Origin: an uncultured Candidatus Berkelbacteria bacterium
GTDB taxonomy: Bacteria; Patescibacteriota; UBA1384; 2-12-FULL-50-11
NCBI GenBank assembly: GCA_903839975.1
Contig: CAIMEH010000027.1
Coordinates: forward strand, 1-60,512
Direction of reading: 5' to 3'
DNA length: 60,512 nucleotides
The notes under the pieces are model-generated. The model saw only the letters and a list, made by a program, of their open reading frames with translations. It was not told where the DNA came from and did no database searches. Made by a program: the position numbers and the translations under genes. This document shows, one piece after another, positions 48,331-58,092 of this stretch (positions are counted from its first letter, which is position 1; every line of letters starts with the position of its first letter).

Positions 48331-49280
48331 TGAAAAAAGGTAGTAGTCTAATCTTGGTAATGTTAGTTATTTCAAGCGTGATAACCGTAATTGTTGGCGC
48401 ACAAAGAATTGCTTTAGTGCAGTTTCAGCAGGCCGGTCAGAGCGATGACAATGTTCAAGCATATTCGGCAGCGAAAGCCGGCATCGAAGATGGGCTCTTA
48501 CGTTTCCGCTACAATAAAAACGCTGCAACCTCAGACGGTAAATCGTATCGTTTCGATCTGAAAACAGGCAGCTCTAGTGGTGAGGTTACTAATAATACCA
48601 AAGTCACCACAACAAATGACCAGATTTATGATCTTAAAATGGTCTACAAAACAAACAAAACCAGCAGTATTAGCGATTCGGGTGTATTTACTCCGGACCC
48701 TAACTTAACCATCTCTGATACCTCCGGCGTCGGCGTCAATAATGGTTTCCTAGAGTTGTCTGGCTTTGGCACAACGCAATACTATCTAAATGCACAATTT
48801 CGTTTTGTTAATCCAGGAACAAATACCGACTGTAATGTGGTAAGTTCTGTTCCGCCATTTGTGGAGATCCAGCAGGTTAATAAGAACATAACCTCGCAGG
48901 GTAGTAACTCAGTCAATGTCCAAGCGACTATCAACCTAGCAACGCATCGATTCGACTCTTCTGCCAGTGGCAATTTCACCATCAACCCAACCGGTTTTAC
49001 AACTACATCAATAAGATTCCGGTCGTACTACTGCGACGTCCAGTATGGTTTTTCGGCCACTACCAGCAATAACGACACCAAACCAAGTACGTCAGGCGTT
49101 GGCTTTAACGATGTCTCTACTACAATTACCGCCACAGGTTACTATGGCCAGTCACAGCGAACTTTACTCGCTTCAGTAGATCGAAATACCGGTCGTTTAA
49201 TTAGCATCTACGACTTCACTGCATATGCTGGAGGTGGTACTGCCGGTCCTGGCAGTGGAAATATCAACGTTGCTCCGTAG
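48330..49280 (+). CDS. Minor pilin (PilX/GspK-like, no Glu5)
   Basis: KKG|SSLILVML, AYSAAKAGIEDG. Confidence 0.8.
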   Translation: MKKGSSLILVMLVISSVITVIVGAQRIALVQFQQAGQSDDNVQAYSAAKAGIEDGLLRFRYNKNAATSDGKSYRFDLKTGSSSGEVTNNTKVTTTNDQIYDLKMVYKTNKTSSISDSGVFTPDPNLTISDTSGVGVNNGFLELSGFGTTQYYLNAQFRFVNPGTNTDCNVVSSVPPFVEIQQVNKNITSQGSNSVNVQATINLATHRFDSSASGNFTINPTGFTTTSIRFRSYYCDVQYGFSATTSNNDTKPSTSGVGFNDVSTTITATGYYGQSQRTLLASVDRNTGRLISIYDFTAYAGGGTAGPGSGNINVAP

Positions 49281-49314
49281 ACAAAAAAGCTTTTGTTTGG
49301 CATATTGCTAAAGC

Positions 49315-49749
49315 ATGATAGAGATTAATATTCATACCGATGGCGCTTCTCGAGGAAATCCAGGCAAAGCGGCAATTGCTTATGTTATTGAAGGTTTGCC
49401 GAGTGGCAAAGTTGAATTTGCCGAAACTATCGGCGAGACTACCAATAATCAGGCCGAGTACCAAGCGTTGGTGCGCGCACTAACTAACCTGTCTGAATTC
49501 TCACCATCCAACTACGAGATTAACTGCTACGCCGACAGTGAACTGATGGTTAAACAATTAAACGGCGAGTATCGGGTGAAAGATGCCTTACTTCGTCCGC
49601 ATTTTCAAGCTATTCAAGATATAGTTAAGGATTTCAAGAAACTCGGAAATAATTTTACCTTTATCGCCGTAAGGCGAGCCGAAAACAAACGGGCCGACGA
49701 ACTCGGCAATATGGCTCTGGACGATGAGAAGCGTCAAGAAATTCATTGA
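49315..49749 (+). CDS. rnhA: Ribonuclease HI family protein
   Basis: TDGASRGNPG, TNNQAEY, DSELMVKQLNGEY, NKRADEL. Confidence 0.92.
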   Translation: MIEINIHTDGASRGNPGKAAIAYVIEGLPSGKVEFAETIGETTNNQAEYQALVRALTNLSEFSPSNYEINCYADSELMVKQLNGEYRVKDALLRPHFQAIQDIVKDFKKLGNNFTFIAVRRAENKRADELGNMALDDEKRQEIH

Positions 49750-49760
49750 TAATGAATTTT

Positions 49761-49821
49761 AGCTTCGAACGGAAGGCGCGAAAAATTGTAAAATTCATCA
49801 CAATTTTACAGCGCCGAGCGA
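49761..49821 (+). repeat. Repeat family B copy 3
   Basis: AGCTTCGAACGGAAGGCGC-AT-rich hairpin-GCGCCGAGCGA. Confidence 0.85.
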
Positions 49822-49832
49822 TATAAATAACG

Positions 49833-50945
49833 ATGAAGAAATTTTTTAGTCTGCCCATTGACTGGGTGACGCTTTTTATCCCGATTCTACTAACTATCAC
49901 CGGCCTTATTACTATATATACAATTACCTATACCGAGCACGGCACCTCGATTGCGCTCAATCAATTAGTTTTTGGTGTTATTGGCTTGGTCGCGATGGCC
50001 GTATTAATGTTCTCCGATTACCGTTTCTGGAAATCCTGGGCCAATTTACTTTTCGTAGTTGGAATTCTATTACTTCTACCACTTCTACCATTTTGGGCTA
50101 GTAAATTACCGTTTGTCTTGAAAGTTTACGGCGCCCATCGTTGGTTGAATTTAGGTTTTTTCCAACTTCAGTCGGCTGAGATATTTAAGATTATCGCTGC
50201 CGTATTTTCGGCCAGATATATCTCCGATAAAGTTGGCAAATTAAAGTGGCATCAGTCACTATTGTTCCTTTTTCTATCGTTCTTCTCATTCGCACTTATT
50301 TTGCTGCAGCCCGACTTAGGAACGGCCGCTACGGTACTTGTAATGATGTTTGGCGTCTATTTAGCGGCTCGACCGTCTTGGAAGGTTCTCGCGGTCGTTG
50401 TGATTGTGTTGGCGATTGCAGCACCACTAGCCTGGAGACAGCTAAAGCCGTACCAGATTAAGCGGGTGGAAACTTTTATGAACCCAGCCAGCGATCCGCA
50501 GGGGACTGGCTATAATGTGAAACAATCAATTATCGCCGTAGGCAGTGGCGGCTTGTATGGCAAAGGTTTTGGCCAGGGAACACAAACGGTACTAAATTTT
50601 TTACCAGTGCCACACGCCGACTTTATCTTTGCCGGTTTTGCCGAAGCCACCGGCTTTATCGGTTCCTCGGTTTTAATCGCGCTTTACGGGGTTCTTATCT
50701 ATCGGGCAATTAGTATTGCCCAAAGCTCTACCGATAAATTTGGCGAACTTTTAGCTATCTCGATTGCGGCCAAATTCTCGTTTCAAGCGGTGGTTCACAT
50801 CGGAATGAATGTTGGTATTTTACCTGTTACTGGAATCCCGCTACCGTTTATGTCATATGGTGGAACGGCACTGGTTATTGATTTAGCATGCATTGGCTTG
50901 CTTGAAAGTATCTACATTCGGCATAAAAAAGGCTTTTTCGAGTAA
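49833..50945 (+). CDS. rodA: SEDS protein RodA
   Basis: GAHRWL, QPDLGTA, PHADFIF, GIPLPFMSYGG; second SEDS gene outside dcw. Confidence 0.88.
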   Translation: MKKFFSLPIDWVTLFIPILLTITGLITIYTITYTEHGTSIALNQLVFGVIGLVAMAVLMFSDYRFWKSWANLLFVVGILLLLPLLPFWASKLPFVLKVYGAHRWLNLGFFQLQSAEIFKIIAAVFSARYISDKVGKLKWHQSLLFLFLSFFSFALILLQPDLGTAATVLVMMFGVYLAARPSWKVLAVVVIVLAIAAPLAWRQLKPYQIKRVETFMNPASDPQGTGYNVKQSIIAVGSGGLYGKGFGQGTQTVLNFLPVPHADFIFAGFAEATGFIGSSVLIALYGVLIYRAISIAQSSTDKFGELLAISIAAKFSFQAVVHIGMNVGILPVTGIPLPFMSYGGTALVIDLACIGLLESIYIRHKKGFFE

Positions 50946-51012
50946 TCCTATTTTTTACCCATATTCAGGTTGACGCTAACAGGAATATTTTGTACAATAA
51001 CATCTGTTAAAC

Positions 51013-51438
51013 ATGACTAACGAACTAAATACTAAAAAACTTACAGGTATTATCGACAAAGACGAGCAGACTCGTCGTAATAGCCCGACGGCTATTATCG
51101 AATTGGGCGGCAAGCAGCACATTGTTTCTAATGGCGCCAAAGTTGTAGTTAATCGCTTAAAGAACGAAGAAGGCGAAACTATTACCGCTAAAGATATGCT
51201 TGGTGGTGCAGATATTCAGCTCAAAGTTGTTAGCCATATGCTCGGCAAAAAAATTAACGGACTAAAATTCAAAAGCAAAGTTCGCTACACTCGTCACTAC
51301 GGTCACCGTCAGCAGCTAACTACCTTAGAAGTATTAGCCGGCACAGCTCCAAAAGTAGCCGAGGCAAAAATCTCTGAACCAAAAACCGAAAAAGTTGCCA
51401 AAAAGCCTGCCGCTAAAAAAGTAGCTGCCAAGAAGTAA
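51013..51438 (+). CDS. rplU: 50S ribosomal protein L21
   Basis: AIIELGGKQH, GHRQQLT; Lys/Ala-rich tail. Confidence 0.92.
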   Translation: MTNELNTKKLTGIIDKDEQTRRNSPTAIIELGGKQHIVSNGAKVVVNRLKNEEGETITAKDMLGGADIQLKVVSHMLGKKINGLKFKSKVRYTRHYGHRQQLTTLEVLAGTAPKVAEAKISEPKTEKVAKKPAAKKVAAKK

Positions 51439-51629
51439 TGATTAAAACAGTCATTAACTTTTTCAAGTCCATAGTCGACGAAGCCAAAAAAGTTGTTTGG
51501 CCAAACCGCGATACCGTTACCCGTCACAGCGTCATGGTTATTATTACTGTCGTCATCTCAATTCTAGCTGTTGCCGGAATCGATTATGTATTTCAAAAAC
51601 TGTTACTATTAACATTAAATCAAGGGTAA
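51438..51629 (+). CDS. secE: Preprotein translocase SecE
   Basis: EAKKVVWP motif plus single TM; precedes nusG. Confidence 0.93.
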   Translation: MIKTVINFFKSIVDEAKKVVWPNRDTVTRHSVMVIITVVISILAVAGIDYVFQKLLLLTLNQG

Positions 51630-51632
51630 AAA

Positions 51633-52214
51633 ATGGCAGACGAATTTGACAAAATTGAAGATAAACAGCCCGACGTAAACCGCCAAACAGGTCAGGCTGG
51701 TTGGTATGTTATTCATACCTACGCCGGTTACGAAGATCAAGTTGCCGAAAACTTGTTGCAGCGCGCTGCTACATTACACCTAAAAGATTTTATCTTTGAG
51801 GTTATTGTTCCAAAAGAAAAACAAGTTGAAATTAAAAATGGCAAGCGTAAAGTCGTTGAAAAACGCAGCTACCCAGGTTATGTCTTCGTTAATATGATTG
51901 TTACCGACGAATCTTGGTATGTTGTCCGCAATACTCCAAGCGTTACTGGTTTCTTAGGTTCAGGCGTTCGCCCAACTCCGATTCCACAATCTGAAGTTGA
52001 TTCGATCAAAGCCAAGATGGCCAGCGACGAGCCAGAGCACACAGTCGATTTGCAGATCTCTGACTTGGTTCGCATTAGCGATGGCCCACTTAAGGGTTAC
52101 GAAGGTAAAATCACCGAAGTTGACGCCCTCAAAGGTAAAATTAAAGTTTCAGTCTCCATGTTTGGCCGCGAAACTCCAGTCAGTCTCGATTTCCTACAAG
52201 TAAAGAAAATTTAA
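51633..52214 (+). CDS. nusG: Transcription factor NusG
   Basis: WYVIHTYAGYE, YPGYVFV, KOW domain MFGRETPV. Confidence 0.96.
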   Translation: MADEFDKIEDKQPDVNRQTGQAGWYVIHTYAGYEDQVAENLLQRAATLHLKDFIFEVIVPKEKQVEIKNGKRKVVEKRSYPGYVFVNMIVTDESWYVVRNTPSVTGFLGSGVRPTPIPQSEVDSIKAKMASDEPEHTVDLQISDLVRISDGPLKGYEGKITEVDALKGKIKVSVSMFGRETPVSLDFLQVKKI

Positions 52215-52226
52215 CAGAAAACCACA

Positions 52227-52652
52227 ATGGCAAAAAAGATTAAAACAATTATTAAGTTACAAGCTCCAGCCGGCAAAGCTACGCCAGGCCAGCAGATTGG
52301 TACTGCCCTCGGACCCCACGGCGTAAATATGATGGACTTCATTACCCAGTTCAACGAGAAGACTCGTGAGATGGGCGACAACATCATTCCAGTTGAGATT
52401 ACTGTCTACGAAGACCGTTCATTTACTTTTATCACCAAAACTCCACCAGCCGCCAACCAGCTGATGAAAGCTGCCGGTTTGGAAAAAGGTTCAGCCACAC
52501 CAAGAAAAGAAAAAATTGGTAAGGTCACCAAAGATCAGATTCGCGCCATTGCCGAGAACAAGATGCCAGATTTAAATGCTCGCACAGTTGAGCAAGCTAT
52601 GAAGATCATCGAAGGTACCGCCAAGTCGATGGGCATTGAAGTAGAGAAATAA
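52227..52652 (+). CDS. rplK: 50S ribosomal protein L11
   Basis: [30 protein letters not shown]. Confidence 0.97.
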   Translation: MAKKIKTIIKLQAPAGKATPGQQIGTALGPHGVNMMDFITQFNEKTREMGDNIIPVEITVYEDRSFTFITKTPPAANQLMKAAGLEKGSATPRKEKIGKVTKDQIRAIAENKMPDLNARTVEQAMKIIEGTAKSMGIEVEK

Positions 52653-52671
52653 ATAATTAAATAAAAAGAAG

Positions 52672-52702
52672 AAGCGGACAGGCAATTGCCTGTCCGCTTT
52701 TT
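52672..52702. terminator. Terminator between convergent rplK and HIT gene
   Basis: Perfect palindrome AAGCGGACAGGCAATTGCCTGTCCGCTT plus T run. Confidence 0.85.
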
Positions 52703-52717
52703 AGATCGTGATTCTTT

Positions 52718-53158
52718 TTATCTTAAAGCCCTTTTTAGAGATTCATAGATCGACCACATAATGTCGTCCGACACCTTGAACTCCTTGTCGTACGGGGCGT
52801 AGTTCTTTCCCCAGTTTTTGTCAGTGAACGTGCAAATGCTTTCTACGATTCTCGCAGTCTTGTAGCGAGGGATAACGTGCACGTGGACATGATGGTTGTG
52901 ACTTTCCAGGTTACCAAGAGCCGCCCAATTATAGAGATCGGGTTTCCATTTGGTGTATTTATCCATAACAACCCTATACTGTCTGCCAATCTCAAAAAGT
53001 TCAGCCCTTTCTTCGTTGGTTATGTCCATCAAGTCGTTGATATTGTCTCGTTTTAGCCATATATAGACCCTACCAAGATAATACTGATTCTCATGAAGGT
53101 AAAGGTCCCAGTATCTGTAGGACTTAAGTTTGTAACGTTCGTAATCTTGCGATGCCAT
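52718..53158 (-). CDS. HIT family hydrolase
   Basis: HVHVHVIPR histidine triad; GGAGG SD. Confidence 0.9.
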   Translation of the reverse strand: MASQDYERYKLKSYRYWDLYLHENQYYLGRVYIWLKRDNINDLMDITNEERAELFEIGRQYRVVMDKYTKWKPDLYNWAALGNLESHNHHVHVHVIPRYKTARIVESICTFTDKNWGKNYAPYDKEFKVSDDIMWSIYESLKRALR

Positions 53159-53473
53159 TTTCGCCTCCAGGAAGCATTATACCAGTAAAAATTTTAAGAA
53201 AAAGGAAAAAGCTCCGGATTACTCCAGAGCCTTTTCCAAATTCTCCCGTCACACTCACTATCCAGCGTTAGCCTTTGCAACGGCCGAAATTTGTAGGGCC
53301 GGTGATAGTGTTGCGCGGAATACGGAAACATCTTTCAAGATACTTTCGTAAACCGAGAATTACCTTAACTTTTGTCAAAGCTTTGTGAATTTATCCACTG
53401 CTCACGCAGGGGAAAATTAACTTTTGCTGTAACTATTGTTACGCAAAAGATAAATTATCATAATATAGAAATC

Positions 53474-54565
53474 ATGTCAAGAGTTTCGCAGTGGTTTTCC
53501 GATATAACAACAGAGGAAATTGTTAGTTTCGCCAGCGTTGAATATTTAACTCCTGTGTATTTGCACAAAATTTTTAGAAGTTTTGACAATTTTAAGTCTG
53601 TTTTAAAAGCTTCGGAGAAGCAGTTGCTTGATCACGGCGTGCCACCTGATTTATCTAAACAGATCTTGAAACGCCCAAAAGACGTTACTAAGCAACTGAA
53701 ACTAATGAAGCAATTCGATATAAATGTTATAAAGTTGTGCGATTCAGAATATCCTGCACTACTTAAACATATTGACGACCCGCCATTATGGCTATTTTAC
53801 AGGGGGAGCTTAGAAAGTTTAAAGCAAAAATGCCTAACAGTTGTTGGTACACGCAAGCCCAGCACCTACGCTCTAGCGGCAATGGAACATCTTTTCGTAT
53901 CAGATTTGATGAGTAACGTTACTACTTTATCCGGTTTGGCTTACGGCGTTGATAAAAAGGCTCACGAGCTATCCTTGAAAAGCGGCGGAACCACCGTCGC
54001 CGTCTTGGCCGGCGGTCTAGATTGTATCTACCCCAGTGCTCATATCCATTTGGCGGAGAAAATAATCGAAACTGGTGGTGCGCTAATAAGCGAGTATCCG
54101 CCGCTTTCCACGCCCGAGCCGTATCGCTTCCCAATTCGCAACCGCATTATCGCCGGCCTATCGCCACTAACGGTTATCGTTGAAGCTAAAATAAAATCTG
54201 GCACTATGACCACCGCCAAATCGGCCGTAGATTATAATCGCGATATTATGTCTTTGCCTGGCGACATAAATCGCCCGGCAGCTGAAGGTCCAAATATGTT
54301 AATAAAAAAGGGCGCCATGCTGCTTGATAGCCCCGACGATTTGCTGCAGTACTACAATATAAAAAGCAGCAAAGTTGCCCAGCAGGTTGACAAACAGGGT
54401 AGTGAGCTTCTAAACTTACTCACTGACGACCCTAAAACAGTGGATCAACTGGTGTCAGTTACTGGCGAGGGGATCGATATAGTTTTATCAAAATTAACAG
54501 AGCTTGAGCTCGTTGGATTGGTTTACCAAATTTCAGCAGGCTGTTATAGCGCCAACAAAAAGTAA
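53474..54565 (+). CDS. dprA: DNA-processing protein DprA
   Basis: VGTRKPS, SGLAYGVD, FPIRNRIIAGLS, C-terminal winged helix; start moved to ATG 53474. Confidence 0.94.
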   Translation: MSRVSQWFSDITTEEIVSFASVEYLTPVYLHKIFRSFDNFKSVLKASEKQLLDHGVPPDLSKQILKRPKDVTKQLKLMKQFDINVIKLCDSEYPALLKHIDDPPLWLFYRGSLESLKQKCLTVVGTRKPSTYALAAMEHLFVSDLMSNVTTLSGLAYGVDKKAHELSLKSGGTTVAVLAGGLDCIYPSAHIHLAEKIIETGGALISEYPPLSTPEPYRFPIRNRIIAGLSPLTVIVEAKIKSGTMTTAKSAVDYNRDIMSLPGDINRPAAEGPNMLIKKGAMLLDSPDDLLQYYNIKSSKVAQQVDKQGSELLNLLTDDPKTVDQLVSVTGEGIDIVLSKLTELELVGLVYQISAGCYSANKK

Positions 54566-56767
54566 ATGCCAAAAAAATTAGTAATTGTGGAGTCTCCAGC
54601 TAAAGCTAAAACAATTAGCCAATATCTCGGTGCTGGTTTTGTAGTTCGGGCCTCGTTCGGCCATGTTCGCGACCTGCCAAAAAGTAAACTTGGAATCGAC
54701 GTGGACGATCATTTTAAAGTTGATTATCAATCTATTCCCAAAGCCAAAAAAGTTCTAACCGAACTCCGCAAAGAGTTAAAAGACAGCACCGAACTATTTC
54801 TGGCGCCTGACCCGGATAGAGAAGGGGAGGCCATCGCTTGGCATCTGGCCGCCGAACTGAAACCGAAAGTGCCGATGCACCGCGTCAGTTTCTCGGAAAT
54901 TACCAAAACCGCCGTCCAAAATGCTATAGAAAATCCCCGCGAGCTCGATAAAGATCTAATCGATGCTCAACAGGCTCGCCGAATTCTAGACCGTCTTGTT
55001 GGCTACAAATTATCACCACTGCTTTGGAAGAAAGTTTATCGTGGTCTGTCGGCTGGCCGAGTTCAGTCTGTCGCGGTTCGCTTAATCGTTGAACGTGAAC
55101 GTGAGATTCGCGCATTTATAGTTCGCGAGTTCTGGACGCTCGATGCCATCGCCAAAGCCAAGGCAGGAGACTTCAAGGCATTTGTTGTTAAAGACGGCTC
55201 AGCCGAAAAGCTAGAGCTGGAAAGTAAAGCTGAAGTCGATAAAATTGCCAGGCAGCTTGAGTTTGCCAAATTTAATGTGGAAAAAATCGTCGAGACAGAA
55301 TCGCAGCTTCGACCGTATCCACCGTTGATCACTTCTACCTTGCAGCAGATGGCGGCTCGTGTTTGTGGCTTCTCCGCCAAGCGAACTATGAAAATTGCCC
55401 AGGACCTCTACGAGGGTATGGACGTAGGTAGCGGCTCGCACGGTTTAATCACCTATATGCGTACCGACTCGTACAATATTGCCAACATCGCTCGCCAAGA
55501 GGCCGAAGCCACCATTAACAAAACTTACGGCGCCAAATATCTGCCAGAAAAACCAAACTTCTTCGGTAAAAAAGTTAAAGGCGCTCAAGAGGCGCATGAA
55601 GCCATTCGTCCAACCGACTTCAATTTCACACCTGAAATGGCCAATGCCAAGCTCGACAAAGAGCACGCCAAACTTTATACGGTTATCTATCGAGCCGCTA
55701 TTGCCTCGATGATGACGCCGGCCCAAGTAAAATCCACTGCCGTTACCGTTGGTAGCGACAAAAACGTAAACTTGCTCGCTCGTGGCCGAGAATTAGTCTT
55801 TGATGGCTTTCTGAAAGTTTTCCCAGACTCCGAAGAGCGTTTTGAAGCACTACCAAAGATGGAGCAGAGTGAAAAAATTACTATTAAGAAGCTCGAACCA
55901 ACTCAGCACTTCACCGAACCGCCTGCCAGATACTCTGAAGCCACTTTAGTTAAAGAGCTGGAGAAGCGTGGCATCGGCCGTCCGTCCACTTACGCGCCAA
56001 TTATGAGTACAATCGTAGATCGCGGTTACACCGTTAAACAAGCCGGCCGTTTCGTACCCCAAGACGTGGCTGAAGTCGTCACCGACTTATTAGTAGCTAA
56101 CTTCCCGCAGATTGTTGATTACGACTTCACTGCCAAATTAGAAGACGAGCTCGACGATATCGCCGATGGCAATAATACCTACGAAGCAGTTCTGCAAGAA
56201 TTTTACGGCCCGTTCTCGAAACTTTTAGAAGAAAAAGAAAAAACTATCGAGCGTAAAGATTTGGTAGAAGAGGCTACCGATCAAGTCTGTCCAAAATGTG
56301 GCAAACCGTTAGTAATAAAACTCGGAAGATTCGGTAAATATTATCGTTGCTCCGGTTACCCAGATTGCGACCATACCGCACCGATGGAGAATACAATCAG
56401 TGTAGAAGAACAGAAACAGATAGACGAGATTACTAAAGAAAAATGCCCAGACTGTGGCGGCGAACTAAAGATGAAGCAGAGTCGCTTCGGGAAATTCGTT
56501 GGCTGCTCCAACTATCCAAAATGTAAGTACACCAAATCAATCGAGGTCAAAGCCGAGGCCAAATGTCCTAACTGTGGCAAAGATCTGGTGCGCAAAAATA
56601 CTCGCCGCGGGAAACCTTTCTGGGGCTGTAGCGGCTATCCAAAATGCAAAACTGCTTTCTGGGACGAGCCAACCAATGAAAAATGCCCGCTTTGCGGCAA
56701 CTTAATGCTAAAGAGAAAATCCGGCCTTGTTTGTAGCCAGTGTAAGCACGAAGCCGAAAAGTCCTAA
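54566..56767 (+). CDS. topA: DNA topoisomerase I
   Basis: VESPAKAKTI, DPDREGE, SAGRVQS, ITYMRTDS, C-terminal C4 zinc ribbons. Confidence 0.97.
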   Translation: MPKKLVIVESPAKAKTISQYLGAGFVVRASFGHVRDLPKSKLGIDVDDHFKVDYQSIPKAKKVLTELRKELKDSTELFLAPDPDREGEAIAWHLAAELKPKVPMHRVSFSEITKTAVQNAIENPRELDKDLIDAQQARRILDRLVGYKLSPLLWKKVYRGLSAGRVQSVAVRLIVEREREIRAFIVREFWTLDAIAKAKAGDFKAFVVKDGSAEKLELESKAEVDKIARQLEFAKFNVEKIVETESQLRPYPPLITSTLQQMAARVCGFSAKRTMKIAQDLYEGMDVGSGSHGLITYMRTDSYNIANIARQEAEATINKTYGAKYLPEKPNFFGKKVKGAQEAHEAIRPTDFNFTPEMANAKLDKEHAKLYTVIYRAAIASMMTPAQVKSTAVTVGSDKNVNLLARGRELVFDGFLKVFPDSEERFEALPKMEQSEKITIKKLEPTQHFTEPPARYSEATLVKELEKRGIGRPSTYAPIMSTIVDRGYTVKQAGRFVPQDVAEVVTDLLVANFPQIVDYDFTAKLEDELDDIADGNNTYEAVLQEFYGPFSKLLEEKEKTIERKDLVEEATDQVCPKCGKPLVIKLGRFGKYYRCSGYPDCDHTAPMENTISVEEQKQIDEITKEKCPDCGGELKMKQSRFGKFVGCSNYPKCKYTKSIEVKAEAKCPNCGKDLVRKNTRRGKPFWGCSGYPKCKTAFWDEPTNEKCPLCGNLMLKRKSGLVCSQCKHEAEKS

Positions 56768-56830
56768 GTAAAGTAATAAAAAAGCCGAATAACACAATTG
56801 TTATCCGGGCTCTTGTTGAGGATATTAGTC

Positions 56831-56995
56831 CTAGACTTTGATGTTGAGCTTTCTAAGAAGCTCCTCAAAAGTCTCGGAATCTTTTTCGTCAGGTTTGGGT
56901 GGATAAGGAGGCGTTTTCTCGCCAACCTCTTTACCCTCTGGATAGCGACCAAGCTCGCTCGTTCCAGGATTACGTCGAATGTTAAATTCTCTCAC
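56831..56995 (-). CDS. Putative 54-aa hypothetical protein (not in ORF track)
   Basis: GTG-started frame VREFNIRRNPGTSELGRYPEGKEVGEKTPPYPPKPDEKDSETFEELLRKLNIKV, followed by terminator-like hairpin 56778-56812. Confidence 0.45.
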   Translation of the reverse strand: MREFNIRRNPGTSELGRYPEGKEVGEKTPPYPPKPDEKDSETFEELLRKLNIKV

Positions 56996-57076
56996 AATGC
57001 GTACATGCTAGCAGGTTTTAACTAATAAGTCAATTACTTGGAGCAATATTTTTTACCTGGTATATTCACTAAGCAG

Positions 57077-57709
57077 ATGAAAAAGATTCTCCCAAAATCC
57101 ATCGAACGGCTTTCTGAGGTTTTAAGCTCACTTCCTGGCATTGGCCCAAAAACCGCCAACCGCTTAACTTTCTACCTACTTAGCCGTAACGACGATGATC
57201 TCAAAAAATACGGCGCTGCCTTTTCCGAGTTGAAAGACAACCTCACAACTTGCTCCACTTGTTTCATCGTGGCTGAATCCGATCCGTGCGAGATCTGTCG
57301 CGATAAAGATCGTGTTCAGAACAAGATTGCTGTCGTCGAAGAAACCCTCGACGTCCTAGCATTAGAGAAAGCCCGCTTTGATGGCCGATACCATGTTTTA
57401 GGTGGACAAATCTCTCCAATTAATAACGTCGGGGTAGGGGATTTGAAAATCTCTGAGTTGTTGAAACGTCTAGAGACAGGCGACATCAATGAGATTATTT
57501 TAGCTACCGACCCATCGCTTGAGGGTGAGGCGACCGCACTATATATTGATGAGCAAGTCCAGCAGCTGATAAAAGACGGTAAGATCGATGAAGTTTCCGT
57601 CACCAGATTGGCTCGCGGGCTGCCAGTAGGGGGAGATCTTGAATACGCCGATGAGTTAACATTGTCACGAGCCCTAGAAGGTCGTCGCTCGTACGGTTCA
57701 CAAAAGTGA
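57077..57709 (+). CDS. recR: Recombination mediator RecR
   Basis: LPGIGPKTA HhH, C4 zinc finger, YHVLGG, EGEATA, LEYADELTL. Confidence 0.96.
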   Translation: MKKILPKSIERLSEVLSSLPGIGPKTANRLTFYLLSRNDDDLKKYGAAFSELKDNLTTCSTCFIVAESDPCEICRDKDRVQNKIAVVEETLDVLALEKARFDGRYHVLGGQISPINNVGVGDLKISELLKRLETGDINEIILATDPSLEGEATALYIDEQVQQLIKDGKIDEVSVTRLARGLPVGGDLEYADELTLSRALEGRRSYGSQK

Positions 57710-57748
57710 CCCTTGACGACGTTCAATTAGTTTAAGAAAATTATACAA

Positions 57749-58051
57749 ATGCCAAAGAAAGATATTCAAACAACCGAAGAGCGCTACGTCTGCGAAGAAT
57801 GTGGCACCGAAGTTCCAACAGCTGAAGAAGTCTGTCCAAACTGTGGCGCGCCATTGGAAAAATTTGGCGATCATCCCGGAGTCGTTGAAGAAGAAGACGA
57901 TGTAATGGATCTCAGCGACGAGGCCTTGCATAAAGGGCTTCCAAGCGAAGAAGACGATGGAGCTCCGCTGTCGTTAGAGGCGTTGCGAGAAGAGGAAGAC
58001 AGCGACGACGAATTGGACGCTTACGAAAAGGGCCAAAACGACGGGGAGTAG
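57749..58051 (+). CDS. Small zinc-ribbon protein with acidic tail
   Basis: CEECG...CPNCG; Asp/Glu-rich C-terminus. Confidence 0.8.
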   Translation: MPKKDIQTTEERYVCEECGTEVPTAEEVCPNCGAPLEKFGDHPGVVEEEDDVMDLSDEALHKGLPSEEDDGAPLSLEALREEEDSDDELDAYEKGQNDGE

Positions 58052-58092
58052 GTCCTCTTTCTAACTAGCAAAAAAAATATACAATTACGGTA

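Noticed and set aside
56764-57025. Track ORFs 56764-56952 (-) and 56798-57025 (+)
   Set aside because: Run through the terminator hairpin; the frame 56995-56831 (-) fits the gap better
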